From contig CM082594.2 of assembly GCA_040954595.2 (NCBI GenBank), positions 3,953,319 to 4,017,318 on the forward strand: 64,000 nt of DNA, in the 5' to 3' direction. Position 1 is the stretch's first letter. Each line of letters begins with the position of its first letter. A model generated the notes under the pieces. The model saw only the letters and a list, made by a program, of their open reading frames with translations. It had not been told where the DNA came from and did no database searches. Positions 26,878 to 40,020 of this stretch are shown here, piece after piece. Made by a program: the position numbers and the translations under genes. Origin of the DNA: Balanoglossus misakiensis (Eukaryota > Animalia > Hemichordata).

Positions 26878-28629
26878 ATTTAGCAGCCTCGAGTTGTACG
26901 ACCCATAGGCATTTCAGCCTCATTACGTGAAAAAAAGATAACGCGACTATCTACATGTTATTCAAGCCTAGTATGTTCATGCGAACTAAAGACTTGAGCC
27001 AGGCTCTGCTCAAGAATTGTCTTTCGGTACTATAGTTCTCCTATGTAATGTAGGCAACAAGTGATCATGTATACAAATGTTCAAATCATACACAAAACAC
27101 ACAATAATCTCACGAAAGGTTTTGTTCTTTACTTCAAAGGTGCACAATGAAATATGCCACTACTGCACAAACACACTACCATAAAAAAGACTGACAGCAA
27201 CTTATCTTGTCAGATTAAAAAAACTGCTAAATTTAAAATGACAATATGGGCATACAAGAGACCAGCGGTTGAAAAGTCGGCAAAATTTGTCAATTTAGAA
27301 ACACTCAGAAACAGTGATCAAACTGCTGATTTTTAACAATTTGGTTGAAATTGTATATTCGCATAACAAGAGAAATTTAACATTATTCAGGGGAGGGTTC
27401 CCTCCATTATTCAAAGCTAGGATGAAAGCAGAGATAAAAGTCAAGGCAGTGTCCTGTTTCTAAAGGTGAAGAAATTTTTTTGGGAATGCTTTGCATTTAG
27501 TTCTACATGTCAAGGCTGAAGCGCATCACAAAAACAAGAAATGTTGGTCATTTGGAAAAAGTTGATCAACTTTTAACACCAAGAGAACTCACACGCGAAC
27601 ATGAACTGTGGATTTACAAATAAGAGCGGCAAATAGAAATGTGGGCAGTATCATTACTCCAGTGGGCACAGTTCCAACACAATTGCATTTCAATGCAGTG
27701 AATTATCAATTATGGGGAGTATCAGGTAATCACTGTTTACTACGTCTGTGGTGATTTTGGATAAAATCAAAATATTCCCAACAAAGCAAATTTATTCCAT
27801 GTTCTTGCGATTCAGTGTTTTTCCCCCGCAACGAATCATCTGAAGGTCCACATGAGCTGTTGTGTATATTCATTACTGAAATTAATGTAAATGTAATAGG
27901 AACGTTGCACCTCTGGTTGATTTGGTTCTGTACAATTGTAAAACTTCAAGCAGGTATTTAAAATGTCAATTGAGAGAAGTCCATCACTTCCTGCTTCTCG
28001 ATCGGTTGGCATCCCTTCGAGTGGCATATTCCCTATCCGGATTACTCTTCCCGGGGCTGTAGTGCCCCCTGCCTCTCAGAGCAGTCCCTCTTCCCATCTC
28101 CCTGGTTGACACAATCTCTTGGGTTAGCGACGGTCTCACACCTGTGCCCGCACTACCCACAACTGGCCTGTGCTTCAGAGCGCCCACAGTAAGCCTGGAA
28201 CTGCCCAGAGTGGCAAGGGCCGGTTTGTACTTGCTCAGGGTGGAGCTGCTTACCAACTGCTTCTTGCCAGCAAGCAGCACGCTACTCCGCCGGTACATGC
28301 TTTGTTTTGTTGTGGATTGCGCAGTGGTAGTCGGACGGGCACCACTCCACCCGATGGCCAGCTGTTTTTTCAGCTTCATCACAGTTCCCTGTATCTCTTT
28401 GCCCCGCGCGGTCAACGTACCATTTTTTGTTTGTTGCAGTCTTAGGGCCTTCTCCAGTCCCCTGATTCGTTCTCTGGTGTCGATAATCCACTTTGAAGAG
28501 GTTGTCCTTTGTGACTGGGGCTCCTAAAAAGTAGAAATAAATGCAAAGCGCAACCATGCTGCAATCATGATATCATCTACCTTGGCTATCATACATTTCT
28601 GCTGTGTTAAGTCTCTTTAACTTTTTTAA

Positions 28630-31600
28630 TCAATATCTGTGCAAGCCCCGCTGTGTTACATCTTTGTAGATATCAAAGCGCGCATCAGGCTGTGTCTGAC
28701 GATGCCGATCTGCCCCATACGCGGCAGCCCCTGTAGGTCCTCCTACCTGTACTGTGTTCATCATGAAGGCGCTTCCGGCGTGATGCTGGGTGGTCTGCGC
28801 CATGTAACCAGCGGTTGGTCGCTGACCGAGCAGGGGTGCTGTCTGGGCAGCTGATTGCATCTGAGCGTTGCGCTGCTGCTGGACGCTCACTTGGTTGGAG
28901 ACTGGGGCTCCTGGCCAACGCTCGCCGTGCCTGTTGACAGTGGGGTTCTCCAGCCCTCCCTGGGGCCACTGCTGCGGTTCATCCTGGACGGTCGGCACCG
29001 GGCCGAGCAAACCGGGACCAAAATTTCCACCGGCAACACTGGTGCGCCCCCTGGTAGAAGTGGTGGTCCGCCCGACGCCACGATCATCCTGCATTGTGCT
29101 TCGGCTCTGCCACGAATCGGACACCTGGTCACGTCTCATATCTGTGGAGTAGTGGCTCTGCTGTTGTCGTGAGTCGTGACTGTAGGATGAATCCACACGT
29201 CTTCCGCTATCTGAAATCCTGTCGCGTCTATCACTGCCCCTTGTATCCGTACGCCGGTCTTGGCCTGACAGACTTCGCTCGGATTTCCACTCATCACGGC
29301 TGCTTATGCCCGTAGCTCGCCTTGGTGGTGAATCTATCCTGCGCGATGACTCGGTTGGCCTGCCACGCATGGAATCTCTCATCGGTAGATCTTTGACTTT
29401 GCTTCTATCACTCAGTGAATCCCTTCGGTCGCGATCTCGGTCACTCACTGGTCTTCCTGGCTGGCGGGGTGGGAAACGGTCGTCTCTGCTGTGATCCGAG
29501 ATTCGATCGGCCCCCCGGCTCTCGACGATTCTCCGATCGGTTGTACGATGGCTATCTCTGACTGCATCACGGCGAACAGGTTGTTCAGTGGTGCGTCTCA
29601 CTGGCACTCCTGCTGTGGGCTCTGACCGCCTGCGAATCACATCATCTCTTCTCATGGGCTCATCCCTGCGGACATCACGGACCTCTCGTCTGTTATGGTC
29701 AGGCCTTTGAAGAGTATTGACACCCCTCACGTCTCTTCTGATGTTCCCCGTCATCGTGTGAGACTGTGCATCCCGTCTCACATTTCCACCAAGGTTGTGG
29801 GACTGAGCATCTCTTCTGGTATTCCCCTGGATGGTATGGGTATGTGACTGCCCTGTGTCTCGCCGTACATTCCCTGGCATGTCTCTTCTTCCATGATCAT
29901 CACGCCTCACTTGATCATCTCTTCTAACGTGATCTGAGCGATAAGCTGGCTCATCCCTTCTCCTGATGTTGTCGATATCGGAGTACCTGTTTCCTCCTGT
30001 GCTGTCATCAAGGGTTCGCCCATCTCGACGGTCGTATCTCTCCACTCTACGTTCCATAGTATCTGACGGCCGACTCGAATCTCCCTGCTGCCCTCTGTCG
30101 CGGGAGTCAAAGTCAGAGTACCGGTTTGGTTCGTCGTTGGAATCAAAACCCATGGCCATGCGTTTTGGTTCAGTGAAGAACTGGTCAGTAGAGGCGGCTA
30201 AATTACGGCTTTCGAAAGAGCGCTTCAACCCCGCGCGGCGTTCTTGGTCAAGACGTATCTGTGCCTCCAGTCTTCTTTGCTCCTGCCTTTCTTGTTCCAA
30301 TCTTTCGTGCTCTCGAATGCGCTCCCGCTGCAGCCTCATCCTTTCCTGTTCAAGACGTTCCCTTTCCAAGCGCTCCTTGTCAAGCCTCTCCCGTTCGCGC
30401 GCCACCAGTTCCCGCTCCCTTCGGATCTTTTCTTCCTCCTCGCGTTGCTTTCTGCGGATGTTTTCCCGGTCTCTACGCAGCTGCTCTTGTCTCTCTCTTT
30501 CCTTGCGCCTTTCCATCTCCCGCATTTCCCTCTCCTTCTGCCGCTGCCTCTCCTTTTCCCTCTTCTCTTTGATTTGCTCAAACGACAGGATATCTTTCTT
30601 CTCACCCGGCTTCTTGGCAGGGATGGTAGTGCTGGTAGTCTTTGCTGCTGTAAGAGGTTTTTCATCTTTCTTGGCTTTAACACTCACCACAGGTTCTCCC
30701 TTACTCTTATCCATGACAACTGTTCTTCCTGCAACATAATAAATAAATCCAGACATTTAAGTATCGCGTATCAAGTCTAAAACCTTATCAAAAACACTGC
30801 CATAATACGAATTCATCAAAGGCTGAAAAGATTCAATTGAAGTATGATTCTGTAATGTGACATACCTTTGGCATTAACATCATCTTTTTTCTCAACTGGT
30901 TTCTTCTCTGGGGTCGACTTATCATCTGGTTTCTTCTCTGCCACTGGCTTATCATCTTTCTTTGGGACACTCACAGCTTTTGCACCCTCCTTAACTGCCG
31001 CTTGCGTCTTCTCTCCTTCCTTTTTGACTGTTACAACATTAGAAGCACCCTCACTTTTGACATCTTTGGCTTCAGTCTTTGCGTCTTTCTTGGGTTCAGT
31101 TGATTTGACCCCTGTGTCCTTCACGTCCTTCTTTTCTGCTGGTTTGCGGGCACTAGCTGCTGGGTCTGTCTTGGCCTATTTAATGCAGAAACACCACAAT
31201 CAGTTTAATATTAAGATATTTTAAAATGTCACTGTCATTATTTCACCCTGCTTATAAGATGCATCAATGCATAAATATTCCCTCAAAATTATTTCTGTTA
31301 AAGTACCCTCAAAACATTATACCTAAGGTAAACACACCATGTGCAAAAATATGAAAACTTGCAAGTCACATTGCACACCATAACATGACCTTCTCATGTA
31401 AAATACAAGATTTTTACCAGCTTCTTTCAGTAATTTGCCAAAAAGGGTGTCATGTTTTCCCACTTGAATTCTGAAGCACTCCTGTGCACTCCTAAAGTTC
31501 AACCCATTACTATGTAACTTGACACACACCTATAATTCCAACAAAAGCCATTGCCCTAAGGCCAGGAACTTCACTCACCCATTCTACATAGATGATGCGT

Positions 31601-34600
31601 CCATGAAGCTCAGTCCTGTGAAGATGGTTGAAAGCCTTGTTGGCTTCAGCATGACTCGACATGGTGACAAAACCATAGCATCTGGCACCAGGGCTGTGAG
31701 CACTGGTAACTATTTTGGCTCCGACAACCTGCATTTGATGAAAATCAGATTTGAAATTAATGATGTAATGTACGCCTAACAAGAGTGGTGCAGACAAAGC
31801 TATTATAATATGAGAATGTCTTCATTCGCTTTCACTGTCTTTTTGGGGATCAAACATCACACCGCATGTTATGTAATCTTTGCAAATGGCAGTTTCATGA
31901 AAGTCAGTGTTTTCACAATTTGCAAATAACTTACAATCGTTCCCATCTGGATTCGAACGATAATGTTGATCTAAATGTTACCATACTTGCACATTTGGTT
32001 TGCCAAGTTGTTCCTTATCTTACTTCAGTTTCGGCGCCCAGTTGCTGATGTTGCGGTAAATTCAAAGAGGTTATATCGAGATTGATAACAATACTAACAG
32101 TGGGGTATTACGGGTGTCGTAAGAGGATCGTCTTACACTTTAAACAAACTGGCGAAGCATCCTACCGGGTAAGAAACCATTAATCCTGTTTGTGTTTGCC
32201 GCAAAGCATATAAACTGTACAACAACTGTAGCAAAGTTGGAATCAACTTCACAAACCAATTACACAAGTGTGATAACATTTAGATCAACATGAACGTTCG
32301 AAGCCAGATGGGAACGACAATAAAAATAGCATACACTGGTAAAAAGCAAGCCTATCAATGTCAGGCATCGCTTACCTTGCCATATTTACTGAAAGCAGAC
32401 TTCAGGTCAGTAGCTTTGGTGCTGGATGATAGGTTACTAACCCACAGATTTTTACCACTGGTTGAGGAACTGGTCCTTGAAGATGACGACGATGATGATG
32501 ATCCACGCCGGTCTAACAAAAAAAAATTTAACACTGAAATTATCTGGCATATAACAACGGCTAATGCACTCAGCATTACAAAGTTTGTTACATATAAAGC
32601 ACACTTACATGCACACAAACACATACAGCACACTTACATGTACATGCACACACGCTCTGAGCCATGGTATCTGACTGGAGCACATTCTACCCAAAATGCA
32701 GCTGGTCAGATTTGAGTTCTCTTGGACCATTTTTGGCATGCCAAATTAAGGTGGTGTTACTTACTGCCAAAACATGCGAAACAGTTAATAAGTAGTACGT
32801 ATCATTACTTGAAGACAGACATTCAGAATATGTCATTTTGCTCACCTTTTTCATCTTTAGCAGGGGTTTTGTTGGGTTCCTTGGCTGTCGTGCTGAAATT
32901 ATAACACCACACACAAAAACACAGGAATTAATGACTATTCTGCCAGCACTAGTAAAACACAAAGTCAATGAGAGACAGTTACTACTAAAACTATCAATGC
33001 AAGCTTTTGAAAATATGAGCAGAATTTTCCCATTGCTTTCAGGGCAAATATTCCACCTGCAGGAGTGTCCTGCTAAAGTTGACAGCAGACCTCCAAGGCA
33101 GATTGGTTCGAAAGCAAGAACGCCCAACACTTCTGTGCATCTTCATGACTCCACGCTGTAGTTGAAAATTTGACTGCTCCTGAAACATCCAGGTTGTCAA
33201 GCTGGGGTCGTCGGAAAAAGACATCGAAGGACTGGGGATACAATGGGGTTTCATAAGAGAGGTCACCGACATGATCTGCAATGCAGACTGAGTAAACTTT
33301 GGTTTACACATCTTTCTCTCCCTCCAGGTTCCACGAGGATATGTCCATGCAGATTTTTTTTTTACTATTTTAGATGTCCATGGTTAGCAATAGATGGCCA
33401 AAACACATTGGTGATGGAGTTGAAGTGTTTGGAAAAGCCAAAAACTGCCGGTCAAGCTGCGTCCCAACTGAATTTTTCTGAAAATATTTCAACTTTTTCA
33501 CAGATTTTCTATGCCTTCACAACAAAATACATAGCAAACAAGGAAATTTGTTGGAAGGCCTTTTTTCAAACTATTGGAATTTGCAGAGCTTTCTTGGCAA
33601 TGGAGGTCATCTTCAAGTCGCTTTCACACGTCCACTTTCCATTACATCTTCAGGTTTTTTACCTCCAAAACAGAGGGGAGACTTTCCAGCTGCAGAAACT
33701 GCACACGGAAAAACAAAAAAATACATACGCATAGAGAGACAGTGCCAAGAACTTTCAAAACTTACACTAAATAGATAGTGGAGAGATGAAATAACAAACC
33801 TCTTGGTCCGTGAACTAGAGGGTGTTGAGGATGGACTTTTCTTTCCAGTTGCGGTTTCTTTGACAGTTTTTGGTGTCTCCTCGCTCTTTTTATCACCACT
33901 CTCACTTTTCTTTGGCTCCTCCTTTTTCTCTTCCTTCACTTCCACCTTTTTCTCGGTTGACTCTTCTTTGCTCTCTTCAGATTTGGTCTCCTTGGCTTCG
34001 GCCGTCTCAGTCTTGACAACCGCATCTTTCACGACAGCCGCAGCAGCCTCCTCAGCTGGTTTCTTCGTCTTATCCCCATCATCATCTTTTTTCTCCTCTT
34101 GCTGGAGGTCAGCATCCAGCTCCATGATCGACTGGTCATCAGCATGCACTACTAGGGATATGTTGTCTTCCGACTTAGGAATAGATGAAGTGTCCATTTT
34201 TATGGTGTCTTCTTTGGTAAGAGGCTCCACTATGGGTGCTGAACTTGGAGTCGGTGGTTCAGATACCGTGACTGGTACCTCGATCTTAGGCTCGGGCGTC
34301 TGCTCAGTATTTTCAACTGAAAGTGAATTTAGAAAAGTGAAGCATTGCTCCTGTATATACTCATTCGCGATCCTCTGCTTCGCCGTGGTTGTTTCCCCAT
34401 TTTTCAGGTCTCAGTTCCGGACCAGTCACTTACTGCAACTTGCTTGCATGACTTACCTTATTATCTTCCATCCAGCTCACCATAAATTCCATTTCACCAG
34501 CTGTACAACTGAGTTTACCTTTTGTCATCCAAAACCAACTTCCTATTTAGATATTTTTTCCCAACCCCATCCCCAACCACACAACTTGGAAAACTACAAA

Positions 34601-37600
34601 CTTTCTAACACTTGGGGGATTAAAATGATGCTCACAAGTCAGATAAAATACAATCCATTGTGTGATGGTACTGAACTTTGTTTTGTTTACCCTCCTGGTT
34701 TGGTATGATCTGCACGTTCTTGACTGTGATGACACTCCGTCAGACAAACACGCATCTGTTGCACTGCCCCAAGGTGAGATGTGAATATGGCGACTGACAT
34801 GAACTGACACGTTGTTGCTGGTTCTGAGTGGTGATGTCCAGGCGTCAACTGTTTACAGTAGAAACTGTTTTTTTCTCCAAGTCATGCGGCCTTTCTCCAT
34901 TGGTGGCTCAAACAGCTCACTGTGTTGAAGATTGCTGTGCATTACTCTGTGAATAAACATCTTCTCAGGGTTTGCCAAATGCACCAAACCACTGTCTAAA
35001 TGGACCATTTGTATTTCTCTGTTGGCTGTGATTTTCTTCAGACTGGAATGTCACTCGCTGGTCTATTTGATTTACGACGACGTTTAAAACTTGAATCTTC
35101 TTCCTGTGAATGTCATTTTATCATCCGTGAAGTGGTTTCCAACCTCTCTCTGCTCATTGACAAGTTTCTGTGCTCGTTGACAAGTTTCTGGTGGTTTCCC
35201 ATAAAATGTACAATATAGTTTTCTGTTATGACGACGCAAAACCTCTTCGGCTGGAAGTCCATCTTCTTTGCAGTAATGCTTGGTTGGGTATATATTTCTG
35301 TAGTATACTTCCGTATTTTCAAATGTCAAGATTCTTTTCCATCTGACAATGAGTTGTAAACATTTATGACCAGAGCACTGTTGCTGTTCTCCAATCTTGT
35401 TTCTTCAATACCTTGTGAAAATACTTGCTCTTGAGTTGACAAAGTTCTACTTTGCGCTGACAGAGAAGGCTTGAACTTATGACATTTCTCAAAATGCCAC
35501 TGCAGTTTCACACCAAGTTATACAGTACACATCAAACACAATGGATCATAGGGTGCAGTTTTTTTTCCCTTTTTGCAAAATTAGTCAAGACCATATAATA
35601 CACTTTATGATTTTCTCAAGAATTTACGACACAAAAATCGTGAACTTTAACCCTTTCACACACACCCAGCATCCCTTGAGGTCCAAAGTTCGCCACAGAA
35701 GACAATGGATTTGCACCAAACCACTGTGGTGAAAGGGTTCAAATGAAATAAGCTGTTGTGAGCATCACTCTTTCCCACCATGACCCAACCCCATTTACCA
35801 AATTGAGTACCACACAGAGAGTCTCTGGTACGAGCAGAAACTCTGTGTGTATGCTGGTATTTGACAAATACTCTACCTTTCTCATCGCTGCTGCCTTCAA
35901 CTTCCTGTCGAGAGAAGAAGACACACATAAATTTAAATCATTAGCCTATAGTTCATAGTTTAGGTTCAACGAGATAAGAATGACATTATTGCTAATGCAT
36001 ATATGTATATGTATATATCGTAGAATGGAGAGTTTGAAGGCATCAATCACAACATATCTTGTTCATATTCTGAATAACAAAGAGTGTGTTGTGCGACTTA
36101 CATCAATTAATAATTGATCATCCTCCGCTGTGATATTGATCACATCACCTTCAATCATGTCTTCATCTGGTTCCTCCATTTCAATCTGCACATTTCAAAG
36201 CATTTGGTTGATTAAGTTTGATTCATTGCTTCAGATTATTTTCAACAAATTCCAAAAATTAGAAATGTCCAATTTCACTGGTTCTGGCTAATTTAAATAA
36301 TCTACGATTACTTTACCTCATTATCAGCTTCCTCTTGTACTTCAGCTGTTTCCACATCATTTGTATCTTCCTTGCTCTCTCCCTCCGGTTCTGCTTCTTC
36401 CTCCTCCTCTTTCACCTCCATCTCTTCAGCTTCCTCATCTGCCAACACCGCCTCCTCTTCGTCCTCTGCCAACACATCCTCTTCTTCTTCCTCCTCCTCC
36501 TCCACATCATCCTCTCCTACATCGTCTTTCACTTCAAATCCTTCCAAATCATCATTCACTTCAAACCCTTCAACATCTTCCCCCTCCCCCTCTTCATCTA
36601 TTTCTTCCTCGGCGTCACCTCCTCCCTCTTCGGTTTCTGTGTTGTTGTCTCCATCCTGATCCTGTTGTTCATCTGCATCGCCATGATTTTCTGTGTCTGC
36701 ACTTTCATCCTGGATGGAAATACAATACATTTACCATTTCACATAAATTGCCACGCTGGCGGACAACTATACTTGCCTGATATTTCCCGATAAATGTTAC
36801 TTTATGACTAACTAGAATACATGAATTCAAACCTACTCGGTTAGCCACCCAGCCTATACCCCCTTCATACACACTTGTGTAAAAAAAAAAAAAAAATTGA
36901 GGAAATCTCAAAAGTAGGGTCTCAAAACTTATAAAGTATATGCACAAAAAGAAATTTCAGCATAATGGTTTCAGACTCAAAATACAACCATTTGGAGTAA
37001 CTACTGTATGTTCCTTACCTCCTCTTTGACCTTAGTCCGTGGTTTTCCTATAAAGAATCACCAAAGAATACAATTATTAAACCAGGCAAGAAATGAAATT
37101 CTTGATGTAATAACACATAGTTTTCCTTCAAGAGTTGATCATTTGGCTACTTTCTGCTAACAAAAAGTTACAAGTCATGGCCAATAACATAGAATTACCT
37201 TTATGGTAATTCAACATCAAAATGAGATGACTTACTTGTTGGTGTCTTCTTCACTGCTGTAGCTTCAACTTCTATGACTTCGGGATCACCACCTTCATCC
37301 TTGATAGCCTGTTGAGCAAAAGTGACAATTACATCAGAATCCAATTTGTACCCTGTTTCATCAGAGCAGAGCCAAATGTACAATAACAAGATCTGGCATC
37401 ATATTCATGTTAGAAAAAAACCTGGTAACTTGCTAATTGGAAGATGTGGTCATTCAAAAAGGCTTTGGAATGGCAGTGTTCTCCCCGGGGCCAGAGGGAA
37501 GCAGGGCGGCTAATTTACATAATTTATGCAATAATATTTTGCATAATATATTCATACAATTTGCATAATGAACTCTGCAAGCTTACAAGTTTCTTTTACA

Positions 37601-39935
37601 GGTTTTCTTTTCTTCTGTACCATCCATCACATTCATATAAACAAAAATAGCACAACAAACTCAAAATTACATATCCTGCTATTTATTTACACTCTAGTTT
37701 AACAAATCATTTAAAGACTTTTGACTGTGATAGTACAAATTTCAATGACCTCCCCATGAAGACCTAGTAAAACAATTTTCACCCAGAGATCTCCTGGGTT
37801 CCTAAATCATTTAGCATATTTGGCTAAAATTTAAGTGACCCCCCCCCCCCCCTGGATTTTGCCGCCACCCCTCGGCCGTAAAAACTGAACAGTCCCTAAA
37901 GCAATGATTTCTTTCCTGATAAAATCGACAAATTACTGATGGAAATTACTGTTATGCTGCTGAAAAAAACCCACAAAAAAACGCCTGCCTTTTTTGCTTC
38001 TTTTTGACATCACTAATTGCCCTTGAACATCGATCTCAGGGTGTCTGCCGCGGCCGTGTGTACAAGTATTCTGCAGACGCGCGGATACATGGCATGACCT
38101 CTAACAAAAGTTGCTACATCTTTTGTCAAGTTTTAGATATTTTGTTGCGACCGGAACGCTGAGCTGCGTTAGTTGTTGCAATTTGTGCGTTACTACGTCA
38201 ATGATACTATTTATAGAACGCCTATCTAAAGATTAAACTGGTGCGCTGAGTGAAATGGGCAACGCGTACTGTTTCACGATCCGGTGAAATGCGATCGTGA
38301 CTCGACAAATGATTTATTCTACTTTGCGTGTTCCGTGGGGAACTCCGGTAACATTTACCGGGGTACCGGCCTTAACAAAACACTGCAGAAACAATACATT
38401 GACAAACTTATCACACTGTGACAAAGGTGTGAACTACACGTTGTGCAATGTCGCGTCGATCATTCCCTCGAACGTCAGCCGCATGCAGAAACAATTACCG
38501 GGGCGGGAATGAAAAGAAAGCAGGGCGGCGCGTAAGATAGCAGGGCGGCAAAAAATAAAGGAGGGCGGGTCTGCCCTGCTAAAACCCCCCGGGGAGAACA
38601 CTGAATGGTATCCATGTGTGACAACAGTGATTCTTGATGTCATAACAATAAATTTGAATTTGTACAGTTAAAGGGACAAAGTCTCTCTCTCGCTGTCCTT
38701 TTTTCCATTAATTATGTTTCATACAAGACACTGTTTATGTTAATGTACATTTGGATATATAGTGAATCAATGATCAACCACACAAAACTTCCATCCCGCT
38801 TGTATGATATGAGAGTAAAAACTCGCCCAAAATGAATAAATGGTAAAGAACGATTATTCATTTTGGCGAGTATTTTTACTCTTGTGTCTACAAGTGGGAC
38901 GGAAGTTGTGTGTGGCTGAACGTTCATTCACTATATACATGTAGGATAACAAACGGTGTCTTGTATCAAATATAATTAATGGAAAAAAGGGCAGCGAGAG
39001 AGAGAGACTTTGTCCCTTTAAAATTTGTATTTTCCCAAATATGGAAATCATGGGAGACTGATAGCCACGTTGATGAGTTTGGGGACCAAAGTTAACACTG
39101 GTCACGTGTCGTTCACATTCTTGTCAACAAGCTGTGGAAACGCAGGGATACCATTGATGTTTTACAACTGCCCATCATTTTGAACACATTTTTTTTTCAA
39201 CAAAAACAAGTATGCCAGACAGATCTGCGAAAATGTGGTCCAAAATATCAAGCCTTGTGTCAGTCAACCCAATTCATATTCATGAGCATTTGTATAGCGT
39301 GGGACACTTGGTGTAGGGATTCAATCTTTACACAACACCACTGCACTAAACAATAATGACTAATGCATATGCTTGGGCAAATCCCCAGGCTTGGCTAAAT
39401 GTCTGTTTTTGAATGCACAAGACCCCATCACATTGCATTAAATTAAATTATACCGGTTTATGGAGGGGAATGTGTGCACATAAACAAGACAAAACACGCC
39501 TGCTAATTTTTGTGCAGTCAACCCTTTCCCGCTGGCCGCTGGTGTCGTGCACTATGCAAAAATTATATTGTCGTTCACAGAAAAAAATGCCTCCCGCAAA
39601 TCAAATTTAACGGCGAAAAACAAGTACATGACAAAGAATTCTTCAAGTCTCTACATGTGTACAGTCCCGTAATTATTCAGATGGTAAGTGGCAACTGTAC
39701 GTAAAAATAATGAACGATCAAAAATTGTCCGCCATCTTGAATCGTATGCAGCTCGCGCACTACACAACTGCTAAAGTATTTTTTCATTATAAGGCAGAAG
39801 ACAATTAATTACCTTCTGCAATCTTTCAACAAGGGCTGCTTTGTTTCCACTTTTATCTTTTCCTCGCTTCTCCAACTGTTCTTTAAGGTCTACAACTCGT
39901 AATTCACTAACTTTCTTTTTCGTTAGCCCAGTCAT
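28630..39935 (-). CDS. SAFB: Scaffold attachment factor B family protein (SAFB/SAFB2/SLTM co-ortholog), ~1329 aa
   Basis: Twelve phase-consistent exons: 39935-39813 (SAP domain [33 protein letters not shown]), 37308-37236, 37047-37019, 36709-36317 (acidic), 36185-36102, 35904-35877, 34316-33800, 32892-32846, 32512-32376 (RRM: [18 protein letters not shown]), 31728-31579 (RRM: [12 protein letters not shown]...[12 protein letters not shown]), 31175-30866, and 30728-28630 ([18 protein letters not shown] coiled coil, RD-rich tail). Total 3990 nt, divisible by 3. AATAAA on the minus strand at 27791-27796. Confidence 0.93.
35651..35737. mobile_element. Tiny piggyBac-like MITE
   Basis: TTAA|CCCTTTCAC ... 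GTGAAAGGG|TTCA: 9-bp TIR with CCC/GGG ends and a slightly degenerate TTAA site. Confidence 0.5.
37474..38603. mobile_element. Non-autonomous DNA transposon with 17-bp TIR and 5-bp TSD (hAT5-like), in SAFB intron 1
   Basis: AATGG|CAGTGTTCTCCCCGGGG ... CCCCGGGGAGAACACTG|AATGG. Subterminal AGCAGGGCGGC repeats near both ends. No long ORF. Confidence 0.85.
38672..39017. mobile_element. Foldback MITE with TTAA TSD and AGGG...CCCT ends (Kolobok-like), copy 1
   Basis: TTAA|AGGGACAAAGTCTCTCTCTCGCTG ... CAGCGAGAGAGAGACTTTGTCCCT|TTAA. Almost entirely palindromic. Second copy at 41153-41499. Confidence 0.9.
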
Positions 39936-39984
39936 TGCGAATACCAGCGTGCACCACCCAACACCACGCGCAAGATGTCTATGA

Positions 39985-40020
39985 ATACCCGGATGTACAG
40001 TGTGTCACGTGACATACAAA
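39985..40020 (-). promoter_or_regulatory. Probable SAFB proximal promoter
   Basis: Palindromic TGTCACGTGACA (E-box/CLEAR type, 40003-40014) and ETS-like CCGGATGT (39989-39996) 55-80 bp upstream of the ATG. YY1-like CCGCCATCTT just inside intron 1 (~39728). Confidence 0.45.

Noticed and set aside
29966-34708. Long + strand ORFs (257 aa, 301 aa and others)
   Set aside because: Antisense shadows of low-complexity SAFB exons.
34700-35510. Several short minus-strand ORFs in SAFB intron 6
   Set aside because: The frames are discontinuous and the nearest acceptor gives an immediate stop; no recognisable homology.
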